DNA from: an uncultured Myxococcales bacterium
Lineage (GTDB): Bacteria > Myxococcota > Kuafuiibacteriia > Kuafuiibacteriales > Kuafuiibacteriaceae
Assembly: GCA_964463485.1 (NCBI GenBank)
Contig: CAYXDO010000015.1
Coordinates: 34,259-98,258 of the forward strand
Direction of reading: 5' to 3'
DNA length: 64,000 nucleotides
Shown: piece by piece, positions 63,130 to 64,000 of the stretch
Layout of the letters: each line of letters starts with the position of its first letter
Numbering within the stretch: position 1 is the stretch's first letter
Program-made: the position numbers and the translations under genes
Notes under the pieces: generated by a model
Databases searched by the model: none
What the model was told of the DNA's origin: nothing
What the model saw: only the letters and a program-made list of their open reading frames with translations

Positions 63130-64000
63130 TACTCGTGTTCTTCTCCGGTCATGGGAAGCTCGGGATGAATCCACTTTTTGAGCAGCGGGGTCAGCGCGAA
63201 GAGCAATACGGCCGCGATCCCGGAGGCGATGGCGATGCGGCCGAACACGTCGGCATAGACGTGCAGGGTCTCGATCGGCGGGGGAATGATCTTTTCCTCG
63301 CCTGCGGTGTGGCTCACGCCGGTCAAGGTCGCAATCAGCCCCGCGAGGTACTCGGAGAATGCAGTGGCCAGAAACCAGCCGCCCATCATCGTCGACACCA
63401 TGTGGGCCGGCGACAGCTTGGTGACCATCGAGAGACCCACCGGGCTCAAGCAAAGCTCTCCGGTGGTGTGCAGCAGATACGCGAGCACGAGCCACGAAGC
63501 TCCGATCATGCCGCGAGGCGTGGCGCCCTGGGCACTCCACCAGAGCACCGCGAACCCAAGCGAGAGTTGCACGAGCCCCAGCGCGAACTTGATGGGTGTG
63601 GAAGGCTCCATGCCCAGCCGGCCCAATAAGCCCCAGAGCATCGTGAAGACGAGGCCGAAGAGGAGCACGAAGGCTGGGTTCGCGGCCTGAAACACACTGG
63701 CGGGGACTTCGTTGCCTCCGATCCCCATCCCCACGTGAGAGGTCTCGACCGGCCAACTCACCGTCGCGGTGCGCGAGGCTCTCTGGGCCTCCTGCTTGAG
63801 CGCGTCGAGGCGATCGATGGTGAAGACTTTCCCATTCAAGACATAACCAAGCTGCTCTTGGTTCACCTCGATCGTGAGGGACTGGCCGACGTCCGCCTGA
63901 GTCACCACTTTGGACTCACGCACGCGATCCACGTTGCGGTCCGCGAAGTTGTTCATCGAGCTCCCGGCCTGCTCGAAGAACGCCCAGAACAGCATCGAAA
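63129..64000 (-). CDS. Proton-dependent oligopeptide transporter (POT/PTR2 family, MFS), 3' portion only. The gene continues beyond the window end.
   Basis: FWAFFEQAGSS matches the POT FWxxFxQ signature. Multiple TM helices. The frame remains open to position 64000. Confidence 0.7.
   Translation of the reverse strand, partial: SMLFWAFFEQAGSSMNNFADRNVDRVRESKVVTQADVGQSLTIEVNQEQLGYVLNGKVFTIDRLDALKQEAQRASRTATVSWPVETSHVGMGIGGNEVPASVFQAANPAFVLLFGLVFTMLWGLLGRLGMEPSTPIKFALGLVQLSLGFAVLWWSAQGATPRGMIGASWLVLAYLLHTTGELCLSPVGLSMVTKLSPAHMVSTMMGGWFLATAFSEYLAGLIATLTGVSHTAGEEKIIPPPIETLHVYADVFGRIAIASGIAAVLLFALTPLLKKWIHPELPMTGEEHE

Noticed and set aside
63130-63756. 209-aa Arg-rich N-terminal extension of ORF 62116..63756
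   Set aside because: It lies entirely inside the POT transporter gene in another frame. The AI-2E protein starts naturally at MTEATQ (63129) with its first TM helix following.
1-64000. Search for rRNA, tRNA, CRISPR arrays, transposases, integrases and phage genes
   Set aside because: No cloverleaf-like tRNA candidates, no regularly spaced 25-40-bp repeat arrays with spacers, and no ORF with DDE-transposase, tyrosine or serine recombinase or phage structural motifs were recognised. The tandem repeats found are short minisatellites without spacers.

Overview
This is a 64 kb, roughly 68-70% GC window that is densely coding on both strands. I found no rRNA, tRNA, CRISPR array, transposase or integrase. 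I infer a myxobacterial or other deltaproteobacterial origin from the many lipoproteins, a Myxococcus-type cysteine-rich repeat protein, a sigma-54 activator and a very large Big_2 adhesin. The main contents are:

- **1-21.5 kb, glycoconjugate island.** A 5'-partial membrane-anchored PEP-utilising (PPDK_N + swivel-His) enzyme, GT1 and GT2 genes, and a translationally coupled nonulosonic-acid (sialic-acid-like) cassette: Gfo/Idh/MocA oxidoreductase, NeuB-SAF-cupin fusion, NeuA-like CMP-sugar synthetase, an unknown protein and a GT2. These are followed by an ATP-grasp ligase and a coupled run of polyprenyl-P GT2, ABC exporter, GT2 and a polytopic membrane protein. A spermidine-synthase/membrane fusion and a DUF2029-like membrane protein converge on that run.
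- **21.7-28.0 kb, efflux operon.** TetR, membrane-fusion protein, RND pump and outer-membrane factor, with a perfect 11-bp inverted-repeat operator upstream of tetR.
- **28-43.9 kb, signalling, secreted and housekeeping genes.** A multi-PAS histidine kinase with overlapping response regulator; a snapalysin-type metzincin lipoprotein convergent with a tandem chagasin-like inhibitor; a Cys-rich repeat lipoprotein; a sulfotransferase; a CotH-like lipoprotein; ThiL; a metallophosphoesterase; a GT39 (PMT/ArnT-like) transferase.
- **43.9-48.7 kb.** A giant (about 1580 aa) Big_2-repeat lipoprotein with a Gly-rich tail, divergent from the GT39 gene.
- **48.8-61.3 kb, candidate sigma-54 unit.** A large secreted protein whose signal peptide carries a triple LIAC lipobox repeat, an acidic-repeat lipoprotein, and a STAND/TPR-fused sigma-54 enhancer-binding protein. 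A near-consensus -24/-12 promoter faces the divergent PG-binding/glycine-zipper gene, which is followed by a polytopic membrane protein and a vWA lipoprotein.
- **61.3-64.0 kb.** A SAM-dependent methyltransferase, an AI-2E transporter and a 3'-partial POT transporter, closed by an intrinsic terminator.

Several short tandem DNA repeats (16-bp x6, 15-bp x3 twice, 39-bp x3) are reported as findings. Coordinates read directly from the printed sequence may be off by 1 in places; CDS ends follow the supplied ORF track.
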